The notes beneath the pieces are model-generated. The model saw nothing but the letters and a program-made list of their open reading frames with translations, ran no database searches and was not told the DNA's origin. Source: a virus. Taken from it: DNA of 64,000 nt. The DNA is taken from the IMG/VR virus record IMGVR_UViG_3300024255_000017, positions 1-64,000 of that record; one strand, given 5' to 3'. The translations under genes were made by a program, and so were the position numbers. This document shows, one piece after another, positions 15,843 to 26,451 of this stretch. Position 1 is the stretch's first letter. Each line of letters starts with the position of its first letter.

Positions 15843-16663
15843 AAGACCCATATCAATCATTAGGTGTAAATAAAGGAGCCACTGAAAATGAGGTGAAGAA
15901 GGCGTACCGAAAGTTAGCCAAAGAATATCACCCAGACAAATCTTCAGGCAATGAAGAGAAGTTTAAGGAAATAGCAGATGCATACGAAACACTTAGTGAT
16001 CCTAAAAAGAAAGCACAATACGATCAAATAACTAATGATCCATTTAGAGGTGGATTTAATGAAGGGTACTTTGATGACTTTATTAGAACAGGAGGATTTA
16101 ACAATCCAGGATATGGTGGTGGCTTTAGAGGTAATTCTGGATTTAGCACAAGAGGTGCAAACGTTGATTCTAAAATACATATTACTTTACATGATGCTTA
16201 TTATGGGTGTGTTAAAGAAATTAGGTTAGGTACGAGAACAATTAATATTGACATTAAGCCTGGTGTAAAACATGGCCAAAGAATGAGGCTAAAAGGATTA
16301 GGTCAACGCGGAATGACAGAAGATCAAAATGGCGATCTTATTTTAACCATTCTTTTACAAGATGACCCTAACTTTTATTTAGATAAAAAAGGTTTACATA
16401 CGATACGACATATTGATATGTATGATGCTCTTTTAGGAGGTAAAGGTACTATAGATGTTTTTGATAAAAAGATTACATATACAATTCCTAAATGTGTAAG
16501 GAATGGTACAATGTTAAGAATACGAGGAAAAGGATTCCCTGCATATAATAATCCAAATGTACTTGGGGATTTTTATATAAATATATTTGTTGATTTACCT
16601 GAATCTCTTACTGATGAGCAGGAGGATTTAATTAAAAAAATGAAGGAAATAGAAAATGGATAA
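15839..16663 (+). CDS. DnaJ/CbpA-type co-chaperone
   Basis: J domain with HPD, G/F-rich linker, C-terminal DnaJ_C, no Zn finger. Confidence 0.92.
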   Translation: MKDPYQSLGVNKGATENEVKKAYRKLAKEYHPDKSSGNEEKFKEIADAYETLSDPKKKAQYDQITNDPFRGGFNEGYFDDFIRTGGFNNPGYGGGFRGNSGFSTRGANVDSKIHITLHDAYYGCVKEIRLGTRTINIDIKPGVKHGQRMRLKGLGQRGMTEDQNGDLILTILLQDDPNFYLDKKGLHTIRHIDMYDALLGGKGTIDVFDKKITYTIPKCVRNGTMLRIRGKGFPAYNNPNVLGDFYINIFVDLPESLTDEQEDLIKKMKEIENG

Positions 16664-16907
16664 CGGTGAAGAGGAATTTATGAAGAGACTCCTGGATAGT
16701 TTGGAGCATACGAGCTGGGATGAGTATATGAATTTATGTTATACGGTAATAGCAATGTTTCCTGATCAAGTTTTAAGGTATGATGAAAAAACTGCCAAAC
16801 ATAGAATACATAGTTTAGATGCTATCCTATTACATTTTGAAGAAAAGGAGGATTATGAAAAATGCGCCAAGCTTAAAGCTATACAGGATCAGTTAAAAAA
16901 TTGTTAA
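16656..16907 (+). CDS. UVR-motif-like small protein
   Basis: C-terminal EDYEKCAKLKAIQD. Confidence 0.7.
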   Translation: MDNGEEEFMKRLLDSLEHTSWDEYMNLCYTVIAMFPDQVLRYDEKTAKHRIHSLDAILLHFEEKEDYEKCAKLKAIQDQLKNC

Positions 16908-16990
16908 TAACTTTTTGAAAAAAGTCTCCCAAAAATTTTCAATTCCCAATTAAATTGATTATATTTATAATATAATTAAATAAACGGAAT
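16899..16990 (+). promoter_or_regulatory. Early-type promoter copy 4 (ligase)
   Basis: GTTAATAAC 16903-16911, TTTCAATTCCCAA, TATATTT 16960-16966, AAACGG leader. Confidence 0.8.
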
Positions 16991-18313
16991 ATGACTGAAT
17001 ACACAAACCTTACTTATCTACAATCCTTCTTGGATGAAATGCGATCTTCCTCTTCAGGAAATCATAAAATTGCAACTCTTAAAAAGTATGCTGATAACTC
17101 TGATGAAAATTCTGATAGAGAATTCTTACAGAAAGTTTTCTTCTATACTTACAATCCTTATTTCAAATATAATGTAACTCCTAGGAATTGCAAAAAGAAT
17201 TCAGATTTACTAGGTCACCCAAATACATACGGTAGTATCTTTACCTTATTGGATGATTTAAGAAATAGGGTATGTACCGGTCATACGGCAATTGCAAATG
17301 TAAATAGATTCGTCCTAGAGAATAAACAATGGGAAGATATTATTTACTATATGCTAAACCGAGACCTTAATATGGGATGTGGTACTACTTCTATTAATAA
17401 GGCAATCCACTCAGATTTAATTCCAACCTTTAAGGTCGCTTTAGCAAATGCATATAATCCTAAGAGAGTGGATTTTAAAAGTGGAGAATGGTACGGATCC
17501 AGAAAATTGGATGGAGTAAGATGTATCTGTAGAAAAGAAATGAATACTGTAACATTCTTTTCAAGGAACGGTAAAGAATTTACTACTTTAGGTAATTTGG
17601 AAAATGAAATTTCTAAGATAGGTGGAGACTTTATATTAGACGGAGAAATCTGTATGGTGGATAAAGATGGTAATGAAGACTTCCAAGGAATTATGAAACA
17701 GATTCGAAAGAAGGACCATCAAATTGAAAATCCTAAATTCTTTGTATTTGATTATTTAACTTTAGAGGAATTTGATAACAAGACTGGAACTACACCGCTT
17801 ACTGAAAGACTTAAGAATGGTTATGATATTTTACCAGAAGGAATTAACTCTTCTATGTTGGAATTCTTAAAACAAGAACAGTTAACTACTGAGGAAAGAT
17901 TTACTGAAATTAAAATAGCTGCTGAGGATGCAGGATTTGAAGGAATCATGGTTAGAAAGAATATCGGCTATGAAGGTAAAAGAAGCCATAATCTTCTAAA
18001 GGTTAAAAAATTCCATGATGCTGAATACACGGTATTAGAATGTGTTAACGGAACAATGAGATGGACAGAAAATGGTAAACAAGTTGAAAAGGAAGGATTA
18101 AGTAATATTATAATTGAACATAAAGGTAACCGTGTAAGTGTAGGATCTGGATTCTCTAAAGATCAAAGAGAACATTACCTCAACAATCATAATGAATTAG
18201 TCGGTAAAACCGTAACCGTTCAATATTTTGAAGAAAGTCAAAATCAGAATGGTGGATATTCACTAAGGTTCCCGGTAGTGAAACACATATATGAGAATGG
18301 AAGAAATTGTTAA
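16991..18313 (+). CDS. ATP-dependent DNA ligase
   Basis: KLDGVR, LDGEI, FVFDYL, EGIMVR, LLKVK, SLRFP motifs. Confidence 0.95.
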   Translation: MTEYTNLTYLQSFLDEMRSSSSGNHKIATLKKYADNSDENSDREFLQKVFFYTYNPYFKYNVTPRNCKKNSDLLGHPNTYGSIFTLLDDLRNRVCTGHTAIANVNRFVLENKQWEDIIYYMLNRDLNMGCGTTSINKAIHSDLIPTFKVALANAYNPKRVDFKSGEWYGSRKLDGVRCICRKEMNTVTFFSRNGKEFTTLGNLENEISKIGGDFILDGEICMVDKDGNEDFQGIMKQIRKKDHQIENPKFFVFDYLTLEEFDNKTGTTPLTERLKNGYDILPEGINSSMLEFLKQEQLTTEERFTEIKIAAEDAGFEGIMVRKNIGYEGKRSHNLLKVKKFHDAEYTVLECVNGTMRWTENGKQVEKEGLSNIIIEHKGNRVSVGSGFSKDQREHYLNNHNELVGKTVTVQYFEESQNQNGGYSLRFPVVKHIYENGRNC

Positions 18314-18372
18314 TGTATCCATTTCATATCTCACCTGTGGTGAAGCAACAGAAATTAACCGATATATATTGT

Positions 18373-18963
18373 ATGGAATTATTTGAAAAGTATAGAAAAT
18401 GGGGGAAGGACATAACTGTCTTTGACGTTGACGATACTTTGATTGTAACCAAAAGTAAAATTAGAGTATTTAATCCAAAAACAGGATATGAGATTGATCT
18501 TACTCCACAAGAATTTAATACATTTAAAACTAAGCCTCATGATGAGTTTGATTTTAATGACTTTAGAGATTTAGAAATTCTTAAGGCTGGTAAAATAATT
18601 GATTGGGTTTTTAGGATACTCAAAAGAACAATTGCAAAAGGTACCGCTGTAGGTATTATTACTGCAAGAGATGATTCAAAACTTATCTATGATTTTCTAA
18701 TGCATAACGGTGTTGATGTTAATCCTGATTTTATCTTTGCAATCAATGATCCTAATTTAGGATTCACTGGCTCTACTGCACAAAAGAAAAAAGACGCCTT
18801 TATGAAATTTGTGCAAATGGGATTTAGGAATTTTCAATTCTTTGATGATGATAAAGAAAATATAAGAATTGCAAATAGCCTCAATAAAGAATTACCTGAG
18901 GTAAAAATGAAAGCTACTTTAATTAAACAAAAATGGATCCCAAACTTCAGCGACTTCAAATAA
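18373..18963 (+). CDS. HAD-superfamily phosphatase-like protein
   Basis: FDVDDTL, ITAR, FFDDDKENI; start probably ATG 18373. Confidence 0.75.
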   Translation: MELFEKYRKWGKDITVFDVDDTLIVTKSKIRVFNPKTGYEIDLTPQEFNTFKTKPHDEFDFNDFRDLEILKAGKIIDWVFRILKRTIAKGTAVGIITARDDSKLIYDFLMHNGVDVNPDFIFAINDPNLGFTGSTAQKKKDAFMKFVQMGFRNFQFFDDDKENIRIANSLNKELPEVKMKATLIKQKWIPNFSDFK

Positions 18964-19406
18964 AGCTAAAAGCATTCACTAATATTTTATTAAGTATTAG
19001 AGATCTTTCAAATTCTTCTACTACTAAGGTTGGTTGTATGGCAATAAAGAAAGACTTTAGTAAAATAGCAAGCTTCGGATATAATGGCTCTTATAGTGGA
19101 GCTGAAACGAATAGTAATACTGGAACTGAAGAAGATTCTTTAACACCAGGAGAAAGTGGATTTATTCACGCTGAGGTAAATATGATTGCTAAGTTTCAAG
19201 AATACGATCCACAAAATTATATAATACTCTTAACACTTTCTCCGTGTAAAATGTGCACCAAGATTCTGGTTAATGCCGGATTTAAGCATGTTTATTGGAT
19301 GCAAAATTATCGTGATACTTCTCACCTTGAGATTTTTAATGAATGTAATGTGACACACGGTAAAATTTTCAACCTATTAAATGACTACCGCATAATAAAG
19401 GACTGA
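18933..19406 (+). CDS. dCMP deaminase
   Basis: VGC, GYNG, HAE, SPCKMC Zn motifs. Confidence 0.88.
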   Translation: MDPKLQRLQIKLKAFTNILLSIRDLSNSSTTKVGCMAIKKDFSKIASFGYNGSYSGAETNSNTGTEEDSLTPGESGFIHAEVNMIAKFQEYDPQNYIILLTLSPCKMCTKILVNAGFKHVYWMQNYRDTSHLEIFNECNVTHGKIFNLLNDYRIIKD

Positions 19407-19423
19407 ATATATACTAAAAATAG
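19403..19423 (+). promoter_or_regulatory. Late-type promoter (CTGAATATATACTAAAAATAG, identical at 26422-26442)
   Basis: 21-bp identity; core AATA(T/A)ATA precedes many structural genes (20009, 30309, 32633, 34235, 36462, 49058, 60284). Confidence 0.7.
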
Positions 19424-19432
19424 CAAGTCCTC

Positions 19433-20014
19433 TTGGTTGTAGAAGCACTAACATTTAAACTTTCCTTAGACTTTTTTGTTTACTTAAAAAAGTACAAGAT
19501 AGCAGTGTCAAAAATCCGTATTGGGTTTTTTGATGTTGCTGAAAATAAATCAACATACACTGATTTTAGTAGCATTGATGAAATGGAATTATTTTACCAG
19601 AGTAATTATGTACCATTTGATCCATGTTTTGTTGGAGACTTAGCATCTATACAGGTATTTATAGGTGAAAGCAGTCTATATGATTTTACTACAGAATACC
19701 GAGCGGAGAATATTACAAAGGTTTTTAAGCTTACTCCTGGTTCATCATTTGATATACAAAGAAATAAGCAGAGAGAAATTTTAATTAATAGACAAGTTGG
19801 GTTTATAAACAGAGCAGTTGAAGATTATAGAAAATTCTGGAATGAAATTAATAGAATATATACAACAGGCATTTATTCTATATGCTATGCACAACCAGGA
19901 TGGTCAGAAGGTACTTGGTATTTAGATCAACTAAGATTAGCATTTACAGAAAAAGATGATGTGGCGGAATTCCCATATGATGATGTAAATATTATTCCTG
20001 AACCACCTGAATAA
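19433..20014 (+). CDS. Hypothetical late protein
   Basis: TTG start after the late-type promoter. Confidence 0.7.
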   Translation: MVVEALTFKLSLDFFVYLKKYKIAVSKIRIGFFDVAENKSTYTDFSSIDEMELFYQSNYVPFDPCFVGDLASIQVFIGESSLYDFTTEYRAENITKVFKLTPGSSFDIQRNKQREILINRQVGFINRAVEDYRKFWNEINRIYTTGIYSICYAQPGWSEGTWYLDQLRLAFTEKDDVAEFPYDDVNIIPEPPE

Positions 20015-20034
20015 ATAAAAAAAGAATAGGTTAA

Positions 20035-23000
20035 ATGGCATTCAATCTAAAAGAATATATCATCTACAGAAATGAAATTAAAAGGGAACTTTTTAATGGT
20101 GAGGTAGATGAAAATTTTAAAGCAGTAGCTAATCCGTGGGTAGACAATAGAACATATGACACTGGGCATATTGTATATCACCCAGTAGAAGTATTAGAAC
20201 CTACCGGTGTTACCAGTGTGGTAACAGAAACTCTAGTTTGGTGGAGAGCAAATAGACGAACTACACAAGGTGTGTTTGTAACAGCTGAGTGGGATATCAT
20301 TGGTGGTATTGGAACTGGCGACGTGACAGTAGGCTCAGCAAATGGTTATGGTAAAATAGTTGTTAATTATACAGGTGCTACACCTTTATTAGCAGCAGCA
20401 AATGATTTTACTTTAAATTCTACAATTGCAAACGATACATTTAGATTAATAGCCGGAGATGGTGTTCAATTACAATATGATAGTACTGTTAATGCAATTA
20501 AATTAATTAACTCTTCTGCTGGTGGTGAAATAAATCAAGGATTAAATATAGGTATAGGCGTAGGTGTACAGAATGTGTTCGGCGGAATGAGTGGTACTAC
20601 TTTAACCTTTAGAGGACTTAATGCATCTAATACATATAGTTCATTAGGTGAACCTTTAGCATTAGCTTTAAATTCACCTAACCAATCTGTTGTTTATAAT
20701 TTTGATTCTTCTTTAATTGACTTAGCAACTCTTAATAATAACAATACCGATATTAATAGCCTAGGAAATGTTAATGCATCTGCAGCAGGAACTTCTGAAT
20801 TTTTACAATATGATGGTAACAATTGGGTAAACGTAACGGCAGCTGCTGCTGGTTTGCTTGGAAGTCAAGGTGTAACCGGGTCCCAAGGTTTACAAGGTTT
20901 ACAAGGTAATGATGGTTTCGGCTTACAGGGTACTATAGGTGCACAAGGTATACAGGGAACTCAAGGTTTACAAGGTTTACAAGGTAATGATGGTTTCGGC
21001 TTACAAGGTACGCAAGGTGTACAAGGAGAAGCATCAACTATATCAGGACCTCCTGGTACACAAGGTGCACAAGGTGTAGGATTGCAAGGTGCTAGCGGTG
21101 GTACTGGTTTACAAGGATTTGTAGGTACTCAAGGAACCAAAGGAGATCAAGGTGGTTTTGGTGGTGCTTCTTTTGATTATAATTTCAATATACAAACATC
21201 TGTGGCTGATCCAGGCTTTAGTTATGTTTCTGTAAATAATACAGATCAATATTTAGCTAACATAATGGCCATTAACGACTTTGGTGTTACAGGAAATAAT
21301 ATATCAACCTTTTTAGAAACTATAAGAAGTTCCACATCAATACCTAAAGGTCATGTAAGGATTACATCACAAAGCGATGCTAATGAATTTATACTTTGGC
21401 AAATAACAGAAGTGTATGATAGACCTTCTTCTGGTGGAACATGGTGGGAATTAGATGTTGTACCAGTTGCTTATACGGAAAATGCTCCATTTATAATGGA
21501 TGAAGATGTTCTAGTATCATTTGTTGTAACAGGTGATAGAGGAGCTCAAGGTACTGAAGGAAGTGGTACACAAGGAACAACAGGTTTACAAGGAACTCAA
21601 GGTTTACAAGGAACTTTAGGTACTCAAGGTATTCAAGGTTTACAAGGCGTCCAAGGTTTACAAGGAACTGATGGTTTACAAGGAACACAAGGTTTACAAG
21701 GAACTGATGGTTTACAAGGAACGGATGGAACACAAGGTGTACAAGGTTCAGGTTCTCAAGGAACTCAAGGTTTACAAGGTTTACAAGGAACTCAAGGTTT
21801 ACAAGGTTTACAAGGTTCAGGTACTCAAGGAACTCAAGGTTTACAAGGTTTACAAGGTTCAGGTTCTCAAGGTGTACAAGGTTTATCCGGTTCTATAAGT
21901 GGATCCGTTGCATACGGTTCTATGCTATTAGATAGTACAGCACCAGGAATAACATTAACAAATTCTTATGTAGGTTTACTATTATCTTCTGGTGAAATAA
22001 ATCAAATGACATACGTTGCTTCAGGTGGAAGCCCGCAAGGTAATGTACTAAGTATTGATGCTAATGAAGCCGGCAATTATGAAATTAACTTTACTCTTAG
22101 TGGAGTAGCCGCATCAACTGTTGGTATTTTTGCTGAAATATTTGTTAATGGTACTCCATACGGTGTAAGTGGTGCTACTGAAATCCGATCAACTTTTAAT
22201 GCAAACGATTATAATAGCATGTCTACTGTAGATATATTGGATCTTAATGGCGGTGATCAAGTTGAGGTTAGAATTAAGGACACAGCAGGTACTTTTGTAA
22301 ATTTCGCAACAGCAAATATTTCACTTACATTAGTTAAACTTGTTGGTAATGGAGATCCTGGTACACAAGGAACACAAGGTTTACAAGGTATTTCTGGTTC
22401 AGGTAGCCAAGGTACATTAGGAGCCCAGGGAATAGATGGTTCGCAAGGAATTCAAGGATTAGACGGTTCACAAGGAACTCAAGGATTACAAGGTTTACAA
22501 GGTTTACAAGGAACCGATGGTTCTCAAGGTTTACAAGGAACTGATGGTTCTCAAGGTATTCAAGGTTTACAAGGTTTACAAGGAACTGATGGAACACAAG
22601 GAGCCCAAGGTTTACAAGGTTTACAAGGTATACTCGGCGCACAAGGTATACAAGGCTTACAAGGAGCTGTAGGAAACACCGGTTCACAAGGAACTATAGG
22701 AATTAACGGCTTAGGTTCTGGTTGTATTGCCGGTGGTACATTTGGCTGGTCAACCGTTGCCAATACTTTAAATCCCGGCAATCCAAATGTCATTTCGATG
22801 AATGCCCAGACTACAGGTGGTGTTACTATAATTTATATAGGTAGTAATATTATTCATCCAGTTGCCCTTAATGTAGGTGACACTATTTCATTTAACATAT
22901 CACAAAATGGAATTAATGCATTATATACGGTAAACAGTATTACCGGTAATGTTGGATATGATGCTCTAGGTGTTACATTCCAAACTGGAAATTATACTAT

Positions 23001-24213
23001 ATTACCTGCGTCCACCCCTGGATTATTTGATGACTATACATATTGTATATACCCTGCAGTTGTGGCAGGATCTCAAGGAACTCAAGGAACTAATGGTTTA
23101 CAAGGAACTAATGGTTTACAAGGAGCTAATGGAGCTAATGGTGCATGCGTTGAAATACCAGGAGCAAACTATATCTCACAGCTTCCATTAAATTCTGGTT
23201 CTCTTGCTTCTTTTGAAGTAGCAGTTAATGTAGCATCCGGTGGAATCACTAGTAATATTACCGAAATATTTTTAGGACTTGCTAGTGGAGCTCTACAACC
23301 GAGCACGGGTTTACCTCCAGGTAGTACAATAACATTATCAATATCACCTGCAAATACTACCACATCAATATTTACTGTAAACAGTTCTACTATTGTTGGT
23401 GTAACCGGAATTGTTTATGATGTTACTTACGTTAGTGGTTTAGATTTTAGTACCACCGGTCAGGACCATCGATTATGTACTTCAACCGCAGGTGTACAAG
23501 GTGTACTCGGTTTACAAGGTATACTCGGTGTACAAGGTGTACTCGGTTTACAAGGTGTACAGGGTGCAGGTGGAGGAAGTGGAACCGAATTAAGAAGAGA
23601 AATAGTAAAATCATCGTTTAGATCTCCTACAGGTTTACCTGCTTATATAAGTGGTGATCCAGGAACTAGTTCATTTAGAATAGGTTCTCCTAGTGATAGT
23701 AATTTAACTGATGGTGGTGGATGGAATGCTGCGTATTGGAGTTCTACCACTACTGGTGGAATACTAACTGGTGTTAATGGAACTCAAGACCAATTCTTGT
23801 TAATGGGTAATGGTATTCCTTTAACAAAGAGTTATGATATTAATGATCAGATATCCTTTAGAGGAGTGGTCGTTGGCCAAAAAGCAAGTGGTGCATATAC
23901 GTCATCTTCAAAAATTGCAATTAATTTATATAAACTAAAATGTGGTATACTTGGCGATGGAACTAATGAATGGGAAACTGTATCATCTACTGTTGTATTG
24001 TCCAGTAACGTTGTAACCGAAACTAATATTGACGGTGAAGGTAGAGGTAGGATTTGTATTAATGGCGCATTTACACTTGATCAACCTGTTAATAGATTTG
24101 TTGAATATTTAGCGGTAGGTTTTGCTACAACTGTTGATGGTGATGAAAGTTTCGGTGGAAATGACATTATTGCATCTTATGTATTATATGAAGGTACTGA
24201 CCCACAGCCTTAA
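20035..24213 (+). CDS. Collagen-like (G-X-Q) fibre protein
   Basis: Several GLQ/GTQ triple-helix blocks separated by globular beta-rich domains. Confidence 0.85.
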   Translation: MAFNLKEYIIYRNEIKRELFNGEVDENFKAVANPWVDNRTYDTGHIVYHPVEVLEPTGVTSVVTETLVWWRANRRTTQGVFVTAEWDIIGGIGTGDVTVGSANGYGKIVVNYTGATPLLAAANDFTLNSTIANDTFRLIAGDGVQLQYDSTVNAIKLINSSAGGEINQGLNIGIGVGVQNVFGGMSGTTLTFRGLNASNTYSSLGEPLALALNSPNQSVVYNFDSSLIDLATLNNNNTDINSLGNVNASAAGTSEFLQYDGNNWVNVTAAAAGLLGSQGVTGSQGLQGLQGNDGFGLQGTIGAQGIQGTQGLQGLQGNDGFGLQGTQGVQGEASTISGPPGTQGAQGVGLQGASGGTGLQGFVGTQGTKGDQGGFGGASFDYNFNIQTSVADPGFSYVSVNNTDQYLANIMAINDFGVTGNNISTFLETIRSSTSIPKGHVRITSQSDANEFILWQITEVYDRPSSGGTWWELDVVPVAYTENAPFIMDEDVLVSFVVTGDRGAQGTEGSGTQGTTGLQGTQGLQGTLGTQGIQGLQGVQGLQGTDGLQGTQGLQGTDGLQGTDGTQGVQGSGSQGTQGLQGLQGTQGLQGLQGSGTQGTQGLQGLQGSGSQGVQGLSGSISGSVAYGSMLLDSTAPGITLTNSYVGLLLSSGEINQMTYVASGGSPQGNVLSIDANEAGNYEINFTLSGVAASTVGIFAEIFVNGTPYGVSGATEIRSTFNANDYNSMSTVDILDLNGGDQVEVRIKDTAGTFVNFATANISLTLVKLVGNGDPGTQGTQGLQGISGSGSQGTLGAQGIDGSQGIQGLDGSQGTQGLQGLQGLQGTDGSQGLQGTDGSQGIQGLQGLQGTDGTQGAQGLQGLQGILGAQGIQGLQGAVGNTGSQGTIGINGLGSGCIAGGTFGWSTVANTLNPGNPNVISMNAQTTGGVTIIYIGSNIIHPVALNVGDTISFNISQNGINALYTVNSITGNVGYDALGVTFQTGNYTILPASTPGLFDDYTYCIYPAVVAGSQGTQGTNGLQGTNGLQGANGANGACVEIPGANYISQLPLNSGSLASFEVAVNVASGGITSNITEIFLGLASGALQPSTGLPPGSTITLSISPANTTTSIFTVNSSTIVGVTGIVYDVTYVSGLDFSTTGQDHRLCTSTAGVQGVLGLQGILGVQGVLGLQGVQGAGGGSGTELRREIVKSSFRSPTGLPAYISGDPGTSSFRIGSPSDSNLTDGGGWNAAYWSSTTTGGILTGVNGTQDQFLLMGNGIPLTKSYDINDQISFRGVVVGQKASGAYTSSSKIAINLYKLKCGILGDGTNEWETVSSTVVLSSNVVTETNIDGEGRGRICINGAFTLDQPVNRFVEYLAVGFATTVDGDESFGGNDIIASYVLYEGTDPQP
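21544..21885. repeat. 9-bp period CAAGGTTTA-type coding repeats (also ~20870-21150 and 22360-22700)
   Basis: Encode G-X-Q collagen triplets. Confidence 0.9.
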
Positions 24214-24269
24214 CATTTAATTAAACAATTTTCTTTTTCCAAGTATAATAATTATAAAATGATACAAGT

Positions 24270-24761
24270 ATGGAAAATACAGAAGAAGTAAACCTACAGT
24301 GGATAAAGGGAGATAAGTTCGGTTCAGTAGAAACAGTTGAAAGTACTGAAGGTGAATGGACGATATTTAAAAACGGTGGTAGGATAGCAACAAATTTACT
24401 TAGCGAATTTTTAGAACCAATAGATGGTGAACCTTTAGATTTTAATCCGCCTAACCCAGCATTAATACAAGCAGCCGAGGTATATAAAGAAAAGGTACCA
24501 CCACAAAAGGCTATTACATCTCCAATAAGAACACTCTTTGATAAACAGAAAAAGAATGATAAAGTAAAACTGAATCTTTCATTTCCAATAGACGTTCCTA
24601 AAAAGGCTATATATGAAATTATTAGTTCTTCATTTGATAGTGAAGAAGTAAATGATGAATTAGAAGTCTTTATTAAAAATCAAATATCCGAAGACTTAAT
24701 TTTAAATAGTCTTTTTGATAGCATTAAAGAATTAATTAAAACTAGATACGGTATTGACTAG
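24270..24761 (+). CDS. Hypothetical protein
   Basis: Follows the middle-type promoter 24223-24249. Confidence 0.8.
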   Translation: MENTEEVNLQWIKGDKFGSVETVESTEGEWTIFKNGGRIATNLLSEFLEPIDGEPLDFNPPNPALIQAAEVYKEKVPPQKAITSPIRTLFDKQKKNDKVKLNLSFPIDVPKKAIYEIISSSFDSEEVNDELEVFIKNQISEDLILNSLFDSIKELIKTRYGID

Positions 24762-24797
24762 GCAATTTAACTTATAATATATAATAAAATCAATCAT

Positions 24798-25172
24798 ATG
24801 ACACAAGCACCAAATAGAAGACAGAGAAGATTAGCGATGAAGTACCAAGGACTTCTTAAAGCAAAGAGTAAATTACCATTTCATAAGTGGATGGAAGTTA
24901 CTATGCAAAATATTAAACAGGGAAAGGAGTTACATGCTGCAACTGTTGATGCTCAAGATAAAAGACTAACAGAGCAATTAGAAAGTATGGAAGAAAGAAA
25001 GATAGAAGCATGGAAGGATACCGGGTATAATGATAAGGAGATTGAAATGTTAAGAGAAGCTAATGCTATCTTATCCGTTAAAGATAAGGAGACTTGGCAT
25101 ACTGATAAGAAGGTCGCTAGAAAATTAATGAAAGAAGCTAGAGAATCTTTAAATAAAAGACTAAATGATTAA
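24798..25172 (+). CDS. Basic hypothetical protein
   Basis: N-terminal NRRQRR motif. Confidence 0.8.
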   Translation: MTQAPNRRQRRLAMKYQGLLKAKSKLPFHKWMEVTMQNIKQGKELHAATVDAQDKRLTEQLESMEERKIEAWKDTGYNDKEIEMLREANAILSVKDKETWHTDKKVARKLMKEARESLNKRLND

Positions 25173-25494
25173 AATTGTTTTAGAGCCTGCCAGAAATGGA
25201 GTAATAAAAAGAGTGATTAATGATAATCATGGTGGTGGGAAAGAACAGTGGACCTCAACCGATGTATTTGAATCCAATGAAGATCATAGGAATAAGTTTG
25301 AATATATCATGAGATTCTTTTATGAGCTTGCTGACGATTTAAGTTTAGAGTGCGGTAATAAATTTGAAAAACAAGTTTTAACAATTGGCACTGAATGGGG
25401 AACTCATTATGAACCTAATCAAAAAGAAGTAGAAAGTAAAATAAAAGAACTCCAAGCTGAGATCGATTTATTATCTGAATGGAAACAAACATAG
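25165..25494 (+). CDS. Hypothetical protein
   Basis: Overlapping operon gene. Confidence 0.8.
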   Translation: MIKIVLEPARNGVIKRVINDNHGGGKEQWTSTDVFESNEDHRNKFEYIMRFFYELADDLSLECGNKFEKQVLTIGTEWGTHYEPNQKEVESKIKELQAEIDLLSEWKQT

Positions 25495-25865
25495 AATTTA
25501 ATTTCATATATTCAAAAGACGCAGTAAAAGTAAAATCGTTTTTAGGAAATGTACCAAGAAATATTGAGTGTATCAATTATATGGACATTTTTAATAAGCT
25601 AACGAAAAATGACTTTTATCAATTTGAACCATCTGATGCTGTTGTATCTTCCTACTTAATGAAGCAACTGCAAACGGTATTTGATAGGAATGCTGTGTCT
25701 ATTTTTTATGTGTTAGGTAATTTAAATGAGCCTACTGTTACAGGAATAAAAACTTATGTGGAATCTTTAACTAATAATGAAATCACATATAACATATATC
25801 ATTCACCTGACATTAATGTAAATGGTAGCGCTAAGCTATTTGAAAATGTCATTGAGTTTGAATGA
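25479..25865 (+). CDS. Hypothetical protein
   Basis: Overlapping operon gene. Confidence 0.8.
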   Translation: METNIEFNFIYSKDAVKVKSFLGNVPRNIECINYMDIFNKLTKNDFYQFEPSDAVVSSYLMKQLQTVFDRNAVSIFYVLGNLNEPTVTGIKTYVESLTNNEITYNIYHSPDINVNGSAKLFENVIEFE

Positions 25866-26425
25866 AAGCACACAGAATATTTACCAAAGGACAAATCGTA
25901 TATTGCCTACTATCCTCTTTTAGTAGGCCTAATGTTTTGTTGCCAGTAAAAGGACTTATTGTAGATACACAATGGGATCCTATTAATCCTCTTTATCAAA
26001 TTCGTATTATTAAGATGTATGATAATATGAAATATCTTAAGTCTCATTTTTTTGATATGAACTTTAAATATGAGTTTAACAATAGGGCTAGAAAAATGCC
26101 TATTAAAAAAGAAGACTTTAAAAATGTAAAATCATTAGAAGATAGATTTGACGAAAGTGATAGAGATAGGCTATATGTAATTGTAGAATCTGTTATGTGT
26201 AAGAAAACTAAAAATGATTTACAAGGTTTATTTGAAAAAGTTCAATTTTATATAATATCAAAAAACCTAAAAGAAATAAGAGATATATCATCAAGGCCGT
26301 TTTTTAAAGGTTCTCTTTCTACTGATAGCTCACAAGAGTTTAATGTTAGGTTTAAAAAAGGGTGGGTGGATAAATTCCAAAAAGGAGATATTGACATTGA
26401 TAAGTATCTCAACAGCTTAGGCTGA
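25862..26425 (+). CDS. Hypothetical protein
   Basis: ATGA overlap. Confidence 0.8.
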   Translation: MKAHRIFTKGQIVYCLLSSFSRPNVLLPVKGLIVDTQWDPINPLYQIRIIKMYDNMKYLKSHFFDMNFKYEFNNRARKMPIKKEDFKNVKSLEDRFDESDRDRLYVIVESVMCKKTKNDLQGLFEKVQFYIISKNLKEIRDISSRPFFKGSLSTDSSQEFNVRFKKGWVDKFQKGDIDIDKYLNSLG

Positions 26426-26451
26426 ATATATACTAAAAATAGTCTATCTAT

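Noticed and set aside
21491-23363. Repetitive alternative-frame ORFs (VYKE/LVNL/PCKP repeats)
   Set aside because: By-products of the 9-bp collagen repeats read in other frames
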